In this document: positions 50,389 through 60,333 of the stretch, one piece after another
Layout: every line of letters starts with the position of its first letter
Numbering within the stretch: the stretch's first letter is position 1
Notes under the pieces: model-generated
What the model saw: the letters and a program-made list of their open reading frames with translations, nothing else
Databases searched by the model: none
What the model was told of the DNA's origin: nothing
Position numbers and translations under genes: made by a program
Assembly (NCBI GenBank): GCA_023139575.1
Contig: JAGLNJ010000051.1
Location: forward strand, 5,926 to 69,925
Direction: 5' to 3'
Origin: Candidatus Omnitrophota bacterium
GTDB taxonomy: Bacteria > Omnitrophota > Gorgyraeia > Zapsychrales > JANLHA01
Length of the DNA: 64,000 nucleotides

Positions 50389-51843
50389 GTGCACAAGAAA
50401 TTCGTTTTAAATATAATTTCACGTATTCTCTTAATAGTATGCTTTGTCATGTTGGCTCCATTGGGGTGGGCTTTTTTGGCAAACCCTAACAGCCGCGAAG
50501 TGTTTGTTTTTGTTGCTACGATAGCCTTTGGGATGACCGTTGCCGGGATATGCCGGGTATTCTTGAGAATTAAAAAAACAGATTATGAAAAAATGAATAT
50601 TAAAGACGCCTTGGCTATTGTCGGGTTATCTTGGATTTGTTTGTCAGCTTATGGCGCTTTGCCGCTATTTTTTAGCGGGGCTGTGCCGTCCTTTACCGAC
50701 GCCTTTTTTGAAGTGGTTAGCGGTTTTACAACGACTGGGGCAACGATCATAACGGATGTTGAGGCCTTGCCGCGCGGCATCCTTTTCTGGCGGAGTTTGA
50801 CGCATTGGCTGGGCGGGATGGGAATCATTGTTTTATGTCTGGCTTTGTTGCCGGCTTTGGGGCATAGCGCTTTTCATCTTTATCGGGCCGAGGCCCCGGG
50901 AATCGCTGTCGAACGTGTTGAACCGCGGATTAAAGAGACCGCCAAAATTCTTTGGTCGGTGTATTTTCTGCTTTCCTTGGCGGAAACGCTGCTTCTTATG
51001 TTTGGGGGCATGACCTTTTATGAGTCCTTGTGCCATACTTTTGGGACAATGGCTACGGGAGGTTTTTCAACCAGAAACGCAAGCATCGGAGCTTTCAACG
51101 CTTATACGCAGTGGGTTATTACGGTCTTTATGTTTCTTGCCGGGGCAAATTTTATGCTGCATTATCAGGCCTTGAGGGGAAACATTAAAAGCTATCTTAA
51201 AAGTGAAGAGTTCCGCGCCTATTTAGGAATATTATTAGTGGGGACAATTTTCTTCTCCATGATTCTTTTTATGATGGGGCCAGAACCCTTTTCGTTTCGC
51301 GCAGCGGCTTTCCAGGTAACTTCCATTTTGACCACGACCGGTTATACAACAGTTGATTTTGATCTGTGGCCGCACGTCTTGCGTTTCGGTTTGATTCTGT
51401 TGATGTTTATTGGCGGGTGCGGCGGCTCAACCGGTGGCGGCATGAAAGTGGTCCGCATATTGCTGACCTTTAAAATGGCTATTAATTCTGTTGTGCAGAT
51501 GGTTTTTCCTAATGCCGTTATTCCATTAAAATGTGACAACAATCCCTTGCCGAACAGGCAAGTGACAACGGTTTTGTCTTATTTTATTGTTTATATTTTG
51601 CTTTTCTTTATCGGCTCGTTTCTTTTTATTCTCTTTGAGCGGTGTGACTTAGCAACCGGATTTTCGGCAACGATCGCCGCATTGAGTAATATTGGTCCCG
51701 GCCTCGTTAAAGTCGGTGCTACCCAAAACTACGCCTGGATATCTATTCCGGGAAAGTGGTTATTAATTTTTCTTATGTTGGCGGGAAGGCTTGAATTATA
51801 CGCAGTCTTGATTCTCATTTTTCCTTCGACGTGGAAAAAATAG
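50389..51843 (+). CDS. trkH: Trk K+ uptake membrane subunit TrkH
   Basis: SGFTTTG, WLGGMG, ATGGFS, GGSTGGGMK, NIGPG, GRLE. Confidence 0.95.
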   Translation: MHKKFVLNIISRILLIVCFVMLAPLGWAFLANPNSREVFVFVATIAFGMTVAGICRVFLRIKKTDYEKMNIKDALAIVGLSWICLSAYGALPLFFSGAVPSFTDAFFEVVSGFTTTGATIITDVEALPRGILFWRSLTHWLGGMGIIVLCLALLPALGHSAFHLYRAEAPGIAVERVEPRIKETAKILWSVYFLLSLAETLLLMFGGMTFYESLCHTFGTMATGGFSTRNASIGAFNAYTQWVITVFMFLAGANFMLHYQALRGNIKSYLKSEEFRAYLGILLVGTIFFSMILFMMGPEPFSFRAAAFQVTSILTTTGYTTVDFDLWPHVLRFGLILLMFIGGCGGSTGGGMKVVRILLTFKMAINSVVQMVFPNAVIPLKCDNNPLPNRQVTTVLSYFIVYILLFFIGSFLFILFERCDLATGFSATIAALSNIGPGLVKVGATQNYAWISIPGKWLLIFLMLAGRLELYAVLILIFPSTWKK

Positions 51844-51922
51844 ATGCTGATAAATAGAGCGTGACGCTGTAATTTTTGATGGTATAATGGTTGCAAGCTT
51901 TTTTGAATTTTAAGGAGAAACA

Positions 51923-52963
51923 ATGGGTTGGGATTTTAATGAGCTTCGCCAAAAAGTTCAGGAAGAAGCCAAAGGCATTCAGGATATTCAAGGCCTTGAG
52001 GCCTTCCGTATAAAATATTTAGGCCGCAAAGGCTTGATTCAGGGAATTTATGCCAGCCTGGCCACTTTGCCTAAAGAAGAAAAGCCTGCTGTAGGGAAAC
52101 GAGCAAATGATTTGAGATCGCTCATTACCCGGGAAATGGAAGAAAGGAAGAAGGCCGTGGAGTCTTCATTGCAGAGCAAGAAACGAAAAGGAGATATTGA
52201 TGTTTCTTTGCCGGGCGTAGGACAGGAATTTGGACGATCACATATTTTGACCCAAGTCATTGATGAAATATGCGGGACATTTGAAAACTTGGGCTTTATC
52301 GTTCACGAAAGCCCGGAGATCGAAACAGAATTTTATAATTTTACTGCGTTAAACATTCCGATCGACCATCCGTCCCGGGACGCCTTTGACACATTTTATT
52401 TGGAGCAAAAAGATTGCCAAAACCCGGATCGCAATGTGCTTTTGCGCAGCCACACATCTCCTGGACAGATTCGTATTATGGAAACAGCGAAGCCTCCACT
52501 TGCAGTGGTTGTTCCAGGGAAAGTGTACCGGCCTGATGCCGTTGATGCCAGCCATTCGTTTATGTTTCACCAGATCGAGGGGCTCCTTGTTGATAAAGAC
52601 GTGAAATTTTCTCACTTAAAAGGCCTTTTGAGTGAATTCTGCCGGCGTTTTTTCAGTGAAGATATTAAGATGCGTTTTCGTCCGCACTTTTTTCCTTTTA
52701 CGGAGCCTTCAGCTGAAGTAGATATTTCTTGTTATATTTGTGGTGGAAAGGGGTGTTCAGTTTGTGGACGAAAAGGGTGGCTTGAAATTTTAGGATGCGG
52801 CATGGTTCATCCAAAGGTTTTTGAAGCGGTCAATTATCCTAAAGGGAAATATACCGGGTTAGCCTTTGGCATGGGAGTAGAAAGAGTTGCCATGTTGAAA
52901 TATGGCATTCATGATATCCGTATCTTTTATGAAAACGACATAAGGTTTTTGAAACAGTTTTAA
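51923..52963 (+). CDS. pheS: Phenylalanyl-tRNA synthetase alpha subunit
   Basis: LLRSHTSPGQ, FPFTEPSAE, AFGMGVER. Confidence 0.97.
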   Translation: MGWDFNELRQKVQEEAKGIQDIQGLEAFRIKYLGRKGLIQGIYASLATLPKEEKPAVGKRANDLRSLITREMEERKKAVESSLQSKKRKGDIDVSLPGVGQEFGRSHILTQVIDEICGTFENLGFIVHESPEIETEFYNFTALNIPIDHPSRDAFDTFYLEQKDCQNPDRNVLLRSHTSPGQIRIMETAKPPLAVVVPGKVYRPDAVDASHSFMFHQIEGLLVDKDVKFSHLKGLLSEFCRRFFSEDIKMRFRPHFFPFTEPSAEVDISCYICGGKGCSVCGRKGWLEILGCGMVHPKVFEAVNYPKGKYTGLAFGMGVERVAMLKYGIHDIRIFYENDIRFLKQF

Positions 52964-52975
52964 TAGAGGGTTGTT

Positions 52976-55009
52976 ATGAAAATCAGTCTTAACTGGTTAA
53001 AAGACTACATAAAATTTAATATTCCTGTTGAAAAATTGGCGCATCGTTTAACGATGGCGGGTATGGAAATTGAGAAGATCCATTCTGTCGACGAGGATGT
53101 TGTTCTGGAGCTGGAAATTACGCCTAACCGTTCGGATTGTCTAAATGTTATCGGGATCGCCCGAGAGGTTTCGGCCGTTTTAAATAAGACGTTGATTATC
53201 CCGAAAGTCCGCAAAAGAAGGCTTCCTTCTGCCAAAGCGGATGTCGCTATTCTTGACCGCGAAGGGTGTTTGAGATACATTGGCGCTTTGATCAAAAATG
53301 TATCCGTGGGAAAGGCTCCTGATAGCATGGCCAAACGCCTTTCAGCTATAGGCCTTCGCCCCATTAACAATATCGTTGATATAACTAATTTTTGCCTTAT
53401 GGAAACAGGGCAGCCTATGCATGCCTTTGATTATGACAAACTTATTGGCGGTAAAATCGTCGTTCGTCGTGCCAGGCAGGGCGAGAAGATTGTCACGATC
53501 GATGGCGTGGAAAGAGTCTTGGACACGTCAATATTGGTTATTGCCGACACTAAAAGACCTGTAGCTGTTGCCGGTGTTATGGGCGGGCAGGATACGGAAG
53601 TAACCGAAAAGACAAAAAATATTCTGTTGGAAAGCGCCTGTTTTGATCCGGTTTTGGTGAGAAGAGGCGCGCGTAAATTAGGCCTTTCCACAGATTCGTC
53701 ATATCGTTTTGAACGGGGTGTTAATATTCAGATGGTGGAAGGGGCCGCACATCGCGCGATAGCTTTGATCCGCGAGTTTTCGCAAGGCGAAACAACGCAT
53801 TGGACGGATCTCTTTTTAACAAAGAGAAAAATTTCTAAATCCGAAATTAGTATAAAAATTCAACAGGTTAATGATCTGTTGGGCTCACAATTGACATATT
53901 CACGTTGCAAGACGATCCTGAAAAGACTTGAATTTTACGTCAAAGGAGAAAATCGTGACACCTTGCATGTGCAAGCCCCTGATTTCCGAGGAGATATTGA
54001 AAGGGAGGTAGACGTTATTGAAGAGATTGGCCGAGTGATCGGCTACGACAATCTCCCGATGAGTTTACCGCAAATTACGGTGACGCATTTAAATCCCCGA
54101 AATAATCGGCAGCTGAAAAAAGAAATGCGTGACATTCTGAATGCGCAGGGGTTTAATGAAATTATTACCTATACACTGATCAACAGTCAGTCTTTAGAAA
54201 AAACAAAGCAGGCCGCCCTTAAAAGAATTAGAGTTAAAAACCCTCTCACTCAAGATCAGGAAATCATGCGCCCGGATCTTCTCCCAAGTTTTTTAGACAT
54301 TGCGCTTTCCAACATTAATCGCGGCCAAAAAAACATGCGGCTATATGAACTCGGAAAAAAATATCTCCCCGAGGGAGAAAAAGAATTTTTGGCGATGATC
54401 GTCACGGGTCTTAAAGCTTCTGACTGGCGGAATTTTTCCAAAGGAAAAATGGATTTTTTTGATATCAAAGGGCCGGCTTCTGTTTTGATGGAACGGCTGC
54501 GCGTAAAAAAGGCTTCTTTTGAAGATGCGGCAGAATCTCCGATTTATGAGCCGGGACGCGCCGCAGTGATTAAGGCAGGGCAAACGGTTTTGGGAGACGC
54601 GGGGCAGATCAAAAAAGAAATTTTAAAAAAATGGGATATAAAATTTGAAGACATATACTTTCTTCAATTAAGCCTCACTGAGCTGGCAAAGGAAAGACAG
54701 CTGACGGCGGGCTTTGAACCGATTTCCGAATATCCTGCTATTACCCGGGATGTCAGTTTGGCTGTTAAAGAAGACGTTTCTTTTGCTCAAATTGAAAAAA
54801 CAGCTTTTCAATTAGGCGCAAAATTTTTGAAAGAAATAAACTTTATGGAAGTATATCGCGGGGAAAAAATACCCCAAGGATATAAGGGGCTGAGTTTCTC
54901 GCTCCGCTACCAATCTTCTAGACGCACTTTGACAGAAGAAGAGATCGGTGAGGTTCACGCAACTATTTGTCAAAGTTATATCGACCAGACGCGGGCGATT
55001 ATCCGTTAA
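52976..55009 (+). CDS. pheT: Phenylalanyl-tRNA synthetase beta subunit, short form without the B2 OB-fold
   Basis: LTMAGMEIE runs directly into ELEITPNRSDCL; RFERG; DVIEEIGR. Confidence 0.95.
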   Translation: MKISLNWLKDYIKFNIPVEKLAHRLTMAGMEIEKIHSVDEDVVLELEITPNRSDCLNVIGIAREVSAVLNKTLIIPKVRKRRLPSAKADVAILDREGCLRYIGALIKNVSVGKAPDSMAKRLSAIGLRPINNIVDITNFCLMETGQPMHAFDYDKLIGGKIVVRRARQGEKIVTIDGVERVLDTSILVIADTKRPVAVAGVMGGQDTEVTEKTKNILLESACFDPVLVRRGARKLGLSTDSSYRFERGVNIQMVEGAAHRAIALIREFSQGETTHWTDLFLTKRKISKSEISIKIQQVNDLLGSQLTYSRCKTILKRLEFYVKGENRDTLHVQAPDFRGDIEREVDVIEEIGRVIGYDNLPMSLPQITVTHLNPRNNRQLKKEMRDILNAQGFNEIITYTLINSQSLEKTKQAALKRIRVKNPLTQDQEIMRPDLLPSFLDIALSNINRGQKNMRLYELGKKYLPEGEKEFLAMIVTGLKASDWRNFSKGKMDFFDIKGPASVLMERLRVKKASFEDAAESPIYEPGRAAVIKAGQTVLGDAGQIKKEILKKWDIKFEDIYFLQLSLTELAKERQLTAGFEPISEYPAITRDVSLAVKEDVSFAQIEKTAFQLGAKFLKEINFMEVYRGEKIPQGYKGLSFSLRYQSSRRTLTEEEIGEVHATICQSYIDQTRAIIR

Positions 55010-55067
55010 TTTTTTCTTTAAGGATATGGCAGATTGAAATACAAAACAATAGTGCTATAATATATCC

Positions 55068-55218
55068 ATCCCTGCTGTGTTCGTTAGTGGCTGACTAAAT
55101 GAACCAATAATGGTATGAAGGGAGCCTGACTTCTAGATGTCCCAGGACATCTTAGAGGGGTACCCACCTATAACACAGGTTCACTCCTATACTAAGGCCC
55201 GACGGCAATAGCGGGGAT
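55068..55218 (+). ncRNA. ssrS: 6S RNA
   Basis: ATCCCTGCTGTGTTCG...GAACC...GGGAGCC...CCCACCT...GGTTC...CGGCA..GCGGGGAT rod structure; own promoter TTGAAA-N16-TATAAT with TGn; pheT-6S-rarA-ygfA-rny synteny. Confidence 0.85.
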
Positions 55219-55248
55219 TTCTTTTCTAGTCTGCCTTTATGAACGAGA

Positions 55249-56637
55249 ATGAAAAAGGCATCTCAAAATAACTCCGAAGACCTCTTTACGGTGAAACGGC
55301 AAAAAGAATTGCTGGCCACTTCCCCCCTTAGCGCGCGCATGCGTCCAGGCACATTAAAAGAATATGCGGGGCAAAAACACATCTTGGGTGAAGGCAAATT
55401 ATTAAACCGCGCCATAGCCGCTGATCGGATCAGCTCGTTGATTTTGTATGGGCCTCCGGGCTGCGGCAAGACGACTTTAGCGCATTGTATTAGCAGCCAG
55501 TCTCAGGCTGTTTTCGAGAAGGTCAATGCGGTTTCCTCAAATGTTGAGGAGCTGCGTAAAGTTCTTCTTTCCGGACGGCACAGACGCATGAATTCCGGGA
55601 ACAAAACGATTCTCTTTATTGACGAGATCCATCGTTTTAATAAGGCACAACAGGATGTCCTTATGCCCGATTTGGAAGACGGTAGCGTGGTCTTGATTGG
55701 GGCCACGGTTTTTAATCCGTTTTTTTCTCTGGTTAGCCCTCTTTTATCCCGATCCTTGGTTTTTGAGCTGCAAGCTTTGCAGACGGAGGATATTTTATCT
55801 TTATTAAAAAGGGCGTTGAAGGATAAAGAACGGGGTTTAGGCATGCTCAAAATTAAGGCCAGCCCTAAAGCCCTAAACTTCCTTGCTGACATCTGCGATG
55901 GCGACGCAAGAAAGGCGCTAAACGCTCTTGAGATAGGATGCCTGACAACGACAAAGAATAAGCAGGGCGTCATCAATTTTTCCCTGAAAGTGGCACAGGA
56001 ATCAATTCAGAAAAAACAGGTCAATTATGATCAGGCTGGTGATGCTCATTATGACACCGCATCGGCTTTCATAAAATCCATGCGGGGTTCTGATCCGGAT
56101 GCGGCCTTATATTGGATGGCAAAAATGATTTATGCAGGGGAAGACCACCGGTTTATAGCGCGAAGGATTTGTATTTGCGCGGCTGAAGACGTCGGCAATG
56201 CGGACCCCAGAGCAATAACAGTGGCTAATGCTGCCTATCAGATTACGGAATTTATCGGCATGCCGGAAGCTCGCATTCCTTTGGCCCAGGCGGCTGTTTA
56301 TGTGGCTTGCGCTCCTAAGTCAAACGCTGTTTATTTAGGAATTGATAAGGCCTTATCTGATGTAAAAAATAAGAGGATTCAGGAGGTCCCTACATATTTA
56401 AAAGACGCTTCATATTCTGGGGCAAAGAAGATGGGGCATGGCCAGGGCTATCGTTATTCCCATGATTATAAAGATCATTATGTTGCTCAGGATTATACCC
56501 CTAAGGGCGTTGACTATTATCATCCCACGGATTTGGGATTTGAAAAAGAAATGAAGCAGCGGTTGGCAAAAATAAGGCAAAATTCGACAAAAGAGAAGAA
56601 AAACCCTCAAAATTTTGGAAAAGCGCAAAAATATTAA
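55249..56637 (+). CDS. rarA: Replication-associated recombination protein RarA/MgsA
   Basis: PLSARMRP, GPPGCGKTT, DEIHRFNKAQQD, AFIKSMRGSDPDAA. Confidence 0.95.
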   Translation: MKKASQNNSEDLFTVKRQKELLATSPLSARMRPGTLKEYAGQKHILGEGKLLNRAIAADRISSLILYGPPGCGKTTLAHCISSQSQAVFEKVNAVSSNVEELRKVLLSGRHRRMNSGNKTILFIDEIHRFNKAQQDVLMPDLEDGSVVLIGATVFNPFFSLVSPLLSRSLVFELQALQTEDILSLLKRALKDKERGLGMLKIKASPKALNFLADICDGDARKALNALEIGCLTTTKNKQGVINFSLKVAQESIQKKQVNYDQAGDAHYDTASAFIKSMRGSDPDAALYWMAKMIYAGEDHRFIARRICICAAEDVGNADPRAITVANAAYQITEFIGMPEARIPLAQAAVYVACAPKSNAVYLGIDKALSDVKNKRIQEVPTYLKDASYSGAKKMGHGQGYRYSHDYKDHYVAQDYTPKGVDYYHPTDLGFEKEMKQRLAKIRQNSTKEKKNPQNFGKAQKY

Positions 56638-56790
56638 AAATTAGTAGGTTTATATATATTAATATATAATCAAAAAGAATAAAGTTGTAGATTTATATAA
56701 AAAGTGATAATATATTAAAAATGTCAACAGGGGAAAAACTGGTTCAGAGAGCCTTTTTAAATTTATCCAAATATTTAAAGAAAATTTCTT

Positions 56791-57351
56791 GTGAAAATAG
56801 AAGAAAAACACGGTATCCGAGAAAGAATATTAACACTTTTAAGAAAACAAAAGGAGGCTGACAAGCTTCAAAAGAGCCTGATTATTTTAAAAAAATTATT
56901 TGCGTTAGAAGCGTTTGATAATGCAAAAACAGTTCTTTTTTATGCGTCTTTTGATGGAGAAGTTGAAACTTTTGAAATGATGGCGCAAGCCAAAAAAATG
57001 AAGAAAAGCGTAGCACTACCGATTATTTTAATGCGAGAAGAAAAAATAATACCTGTTTTAATCGATAATTTTGTGGAAGAAATTGAGATTGGCCCTTACG
57101 GTATTCAGCAACCACGATATGATCATGATAAAATGTTAAATATCCAGGGCATAGACGCTGTTATTATTCCTGGAGTTGCTTATGATAAAAAAAAATATCG
57201 GTTAGGCCGAGGGAAAGGTTTTTACGATCGTTTTTTAAATGACCTCTCTAAAGAGACGCCAACTATCGGTTTGGCGTTTGATTTTCAGGTCATTGATGAT
57301 ATCCCGCATGAAGAACACGATGTTCCTGTAGACTACGTTATTACTAATTAG
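56791..57351 (+). CDS. ygfA: 5-formyltetrahydrofolate cyclo-ligase
   Basis: IIPGVAYD..YRLGRGKGFYDRFL, HDVPVD. Confidence 0.93.
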   Translation: MKIEEKHGIRERILTLLRKQKEADKLQKSLIILKKLFALEAFDNAKTVLFYASFDGEVETFEMMAQAKKMKKSVALPIILMREEKIIPVLIDNFVEEIEIGPYGIQQPRYDHDKMLNIQGIDAVIIPGVAYDKKKYRLGRGKGFYDRFLNDLSKETPTIGLAFDFQVIDDIPHEEHDVPVDYVITN

Positions 57352-57467
57352 CTTCCTTCTTTTTTAGACTAGATTTTCCTTAATTGCCTGTTTTTTGAAC
57401 AGTAAAGGGCTAATACTTAAAAAGAGACGGCTGTCTCGATAACATAAAATAAAGAGGAGTTGTACAA

Positions 57468-59048
57468 ATGAAGGAAATTGCCGCTTTAACTATGGACCAA
57501 AGCTTAATCATTGGGATTATTGCTGGTTTTTGTATTTTTGTAGGGTGGATGTTGCGATCTTATTTTGCCGGAAAGAAATTGCGTGAAGCTGAACAGCGCG
57601 CTAAGGAGTTAACAGAATTTGCCAATCGTGAAGCGGACAGCCGTAAGAAAGAAACCGAGCTGGCAGCCAAGGATCTCATGTTGAAGATTCACCAAGATTT
57701 TGACAAGGAAACTAAAGGCAGGCGTGAGGAACTGGCAGCGACAGAGAAGCGTATTTTGCAAAAGGAAGAAAATCTTGATAAAAGAGTCGATTTGCTGGAG
57801 AAAAAAGAAAAAGACATTAATAATCGGCTGATGGTTTTAAGAAAAGAAGAAGATGGTTTCAAATTAAAAAATGAAGAACTTACCAAGCTTATTGCTGAAG
57901 AAAAAAAGAGACTGCAGCATATTTCGTCTATGTCGTCGGATGAGGCCAAGGCGTTGTTGTTGAAAAGGGTAGATGAAGAATTGGTAGAGGAAAAGGCGAC
58001 GCGGATCAGAAGAAACGAAGAAGATATTAAAGAGGCTTCTGATAAGACGGCCAAACAAATTGTCAGCACTGCTATCCAAAGATGCGCCTCTGATCATACG
58101 GCTGAAACTACCTTGAGCGTTGTGGCCTTGCCGAGTGATGAGATGAAAGGACGAATTATCGGACGGGAAGGACGCAATATCCGCGCTTTGGAAATGGCTA
58201 CGGGAGTTGATATTATTATTGATGATACTCCTGAAGCGGTTACGATTTCAGGGTTTGATATGGTTAGAAGAGAAATCGCGCGTATTGCTTTGCAAAATTT
58301 GATTGCGGATGGACGGATTCACCCGGGGCGAATTGAAGAGGTTGTTGAGAAGGCAAAACAAGAAATTGAAAGCCGTATAAAAGAAGAAGGGGAAAAGGCT
58401 GCGTTTGACTTAGGGATACACGGCATGCATCCTGAGCTTTTAAAACTCGTCGGAAGGCTGAAATACCGCACCAGTTTTGGTCAGAACGCCCTAATTCACA
58501 CCAAAGAAGTTGCGAGTCTTATGAAGATTATGGCAACGCAAATGGGCTTGGACCCCAAGATTGCTGTCCGTGCCGGGCTTTTGCATGACATCGGGAAAGT
58601 GGTCAGCCAGGAGATGGGAGAGGGTACGCATGCTTTAGTTGGCGCTAATTTATCTCGGAAGTTTGGTGAAGGCGAAACTGCCGTAAACGCGATTGCTTCT
58701 CATCATGACGAGGTTGATTGCGAAACAGAATACGGGGTTCTTTTATGTGCGGCTGATGCCATCAGCGCTTCTCGCCCTGGAGCCAGAGCCGAAACGCTTG
58801 AGACATATGTCAAGAGACTTGAAAGTTTAGAGAAGATCGCGAATGCTTTTAAAGGCGTAGACAAATCTTATGCTTTGCAGGCAGGTAGAGAGATCCGTAT
58901 TGTGGTCAGCCCTGATAAAATCAATGACGACGAAGCTATTGTTATGGCGAGGGATATTCGTAAGCGCATCGAACAGGAATTGGAATATCCGGGGCAAATA
59001 AAAGTTATTGTTGTTCGGGAAACCCGCGCGGTTGAATTCGCAAAATAA
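57468..59048 (+). CDS. rny: Ribonuclease Y
   Basis: TM anchor, coiled coil, KGRIIGREGRNIR, LLHDIGK. Confidence 0.96.
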   Translation: MKEIAALTMDQSLIIGIIAGFCIFVGWMLRSYFAGKKLREAEQRAKELTEFANREADSRKKETELAAKDLMLKIHQDFDKETKGRREELAATEKRILQKEENLDKRVDLLEKKEKDINNRLMVLRKEEDGFKLKNEELTKLIAEEKKRLQHISSMSSDEAKALLLKRVDEELVEEKATRIRRNEEDIKEASDKTAKQIVSTAIQRCASDHTAETTLSVVALPSDEMKGRIIGREGRNIRALEMATGVDIIIDDTPEAVTISGFDMVRREIARIALQNLIADGRIHPGRIEEVVEKAKQEIESRIKEEGEKAAFDLGIHGMHPELLKLVGRLKYRTSFGQNALIHTKEVASLMKIMATQMGLDPKIAVRAGLLHDIGKVVSQEMGEGTHALVGANLSRKFGEGETAVNAIASHHDEVDCETEYGVLLCAADAISASRPGARAETLETYVKRLESLEKIANAFKGVDKSYALQAGREIRIVVSPDKINDDEAIVMARDIRKRIEQELEYPGQIKVIVVRETRAVEFAK

Positions 59049-59087
59049 AATTGTTAGCTGAAAGACAGGCTTCAGGAAACAAACCTC

Positions 59088-59873
59088 ATGAACATTCTGT
59101 GTATAGGTGATGTTGTTGGAAAGGCTGGAAGAAAGGCGTTAACAGAGCTTCTTCCTCAACTGCAAGAGGAGTATGCCTTAGACGCTATTATTGCTAATGC
59201 TGAGAATTCTGCGGGCGGTTCCGGCATAACGCCGCGTATAGCGAATCAATTTTTCCGTTTAGGCTGTACGGTTATAACTCTGGGCGACCATGTTTGGGAT
59301 CGGCAGGAGCTGGTTGAATATTTGAAGGAACGGAAAGCTATTCTGCGTCCAGCCAATTACCCTTCCGGCACGCCGGGAAAGGGATGGTGTGTCGTGGAAA
59401 CAGCGAATGGGTCGAAAATCGGCGTTATCAACCTCTTGGGGCGGGTTTTCATGCGTTACAATGTCAACTGCCCCTTTAAGACAGCGGAAGATGTCATCAA
59501 GGAAATAAAAAAGGTAACCAACATTATTGTTGTTGATATGCACGCGGAGACAACCAGTGAAAAAGTTGCTATGGGATGGTTTCTCGACGGTAAAGCGTCA
59601 GCGATTTTTGGAACGCATACCCATATTCAAACGGCTGATGAAAAGGTTTTACCTAAAGGGACGGCGTATATTACAGACGTTGGCATGACCGGGCCTTATG
59701 ACTCGGTTATTGGCCAGAACAAGGAAAAAATCATCAAAAGATTTTTAACAAGCATGCCAACACGTTTTGAAGTGGCTAAAGAGAATCCCGTGGTTCATGG
59801 GGTCGTTGTTGAAATAGATGATATTACCGGGTTAGCTAAAAAAATTAGCCGTGTACAAAGGAGTTTACTATGA
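59088..59873 (+). CDS. ymdB: YmdB-family metallophosphoesterase
   Basis: GDVVG, NAEN, HAETTSEK, GTHTH, TDVGMTG. Confidence 0.93.
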   Translation: MNILCIGDVVGKAGRKALTELLPQLQEEYALDAIIANAENSAGGSGITPRIANQFFRLGCTVITLGDHVWDRQELVEYLKERKAILRPANYPSGTPGKGWCVVETANGSKIGVINLLGRVFMRYNVNCPFKTAEDVIKEIKKVTNIIVVDMHAETTSEKVAMGWFLDGKASAIFGTHTHIQTADEKVLPKGTAYITDVGMTGPYDSVIGQNKEKIIKRFLTSMPTRFEVAKENPVVHGVVVEIDDITGLAKKISRVQRSLL

Positions 59874-60259
59874 ACGCTTGGGAAGGATTAAACCGAAGGC
59901 GTTTCCCGCGGGTTAACTATCCCTGTCTTGTTAAGGTAAAACAGAAAGAAGACTCCCCGGGAATATATTTAACTCATACGGAAAATATCGGCGTTGGCGG
60001 TGTCGGTATTATTTTAAAAAAGCACATAAAGCTTTATGCCCCCGTTGAAGTTGAAATTGACCTTTTAGATTTGGATAATCCTGTGAAGTGCCACGGCAAG
60101 GTGGTTTGGTCTGTCCTCCGGAAAAATGGAGCCTTGAAGAAGGTGGCGTTTTACGATTTAGGCGTTGAGTTTATCAACCTGCCTTCGCAAGATCTAAGCC
60201 GGATAGAAGGCATAGTCAAGCGTCTCGCTAGGCACGATTATCGGGTGCCTTATGTGTGA
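59870..60259 (+). CDS. PilZ domain protein
   Basis: RRRFPR and ENIGVGG motifs; GKVVW; GVEF. Confidence 0.88.
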   Translation: MNAWEGLNRRRFPRVNYPCLVKVKQKEDSPGIYLTHTENIGVGGVGIILKKHIKLYAPVEVEIDLLDLDNPVKCHGKVVWSVLRKNGALKKVAFYDLGVEFINLPSQDLSRIEGIVKRLARHDYRVPYV

Positions 60260-60333
60260 TGATTATTTAAAAGGCAGGAAGTTCTCCCTTTTACGATAAC
60301 TCTATAAAATTTATATGAATAGATGGTGAAAAA

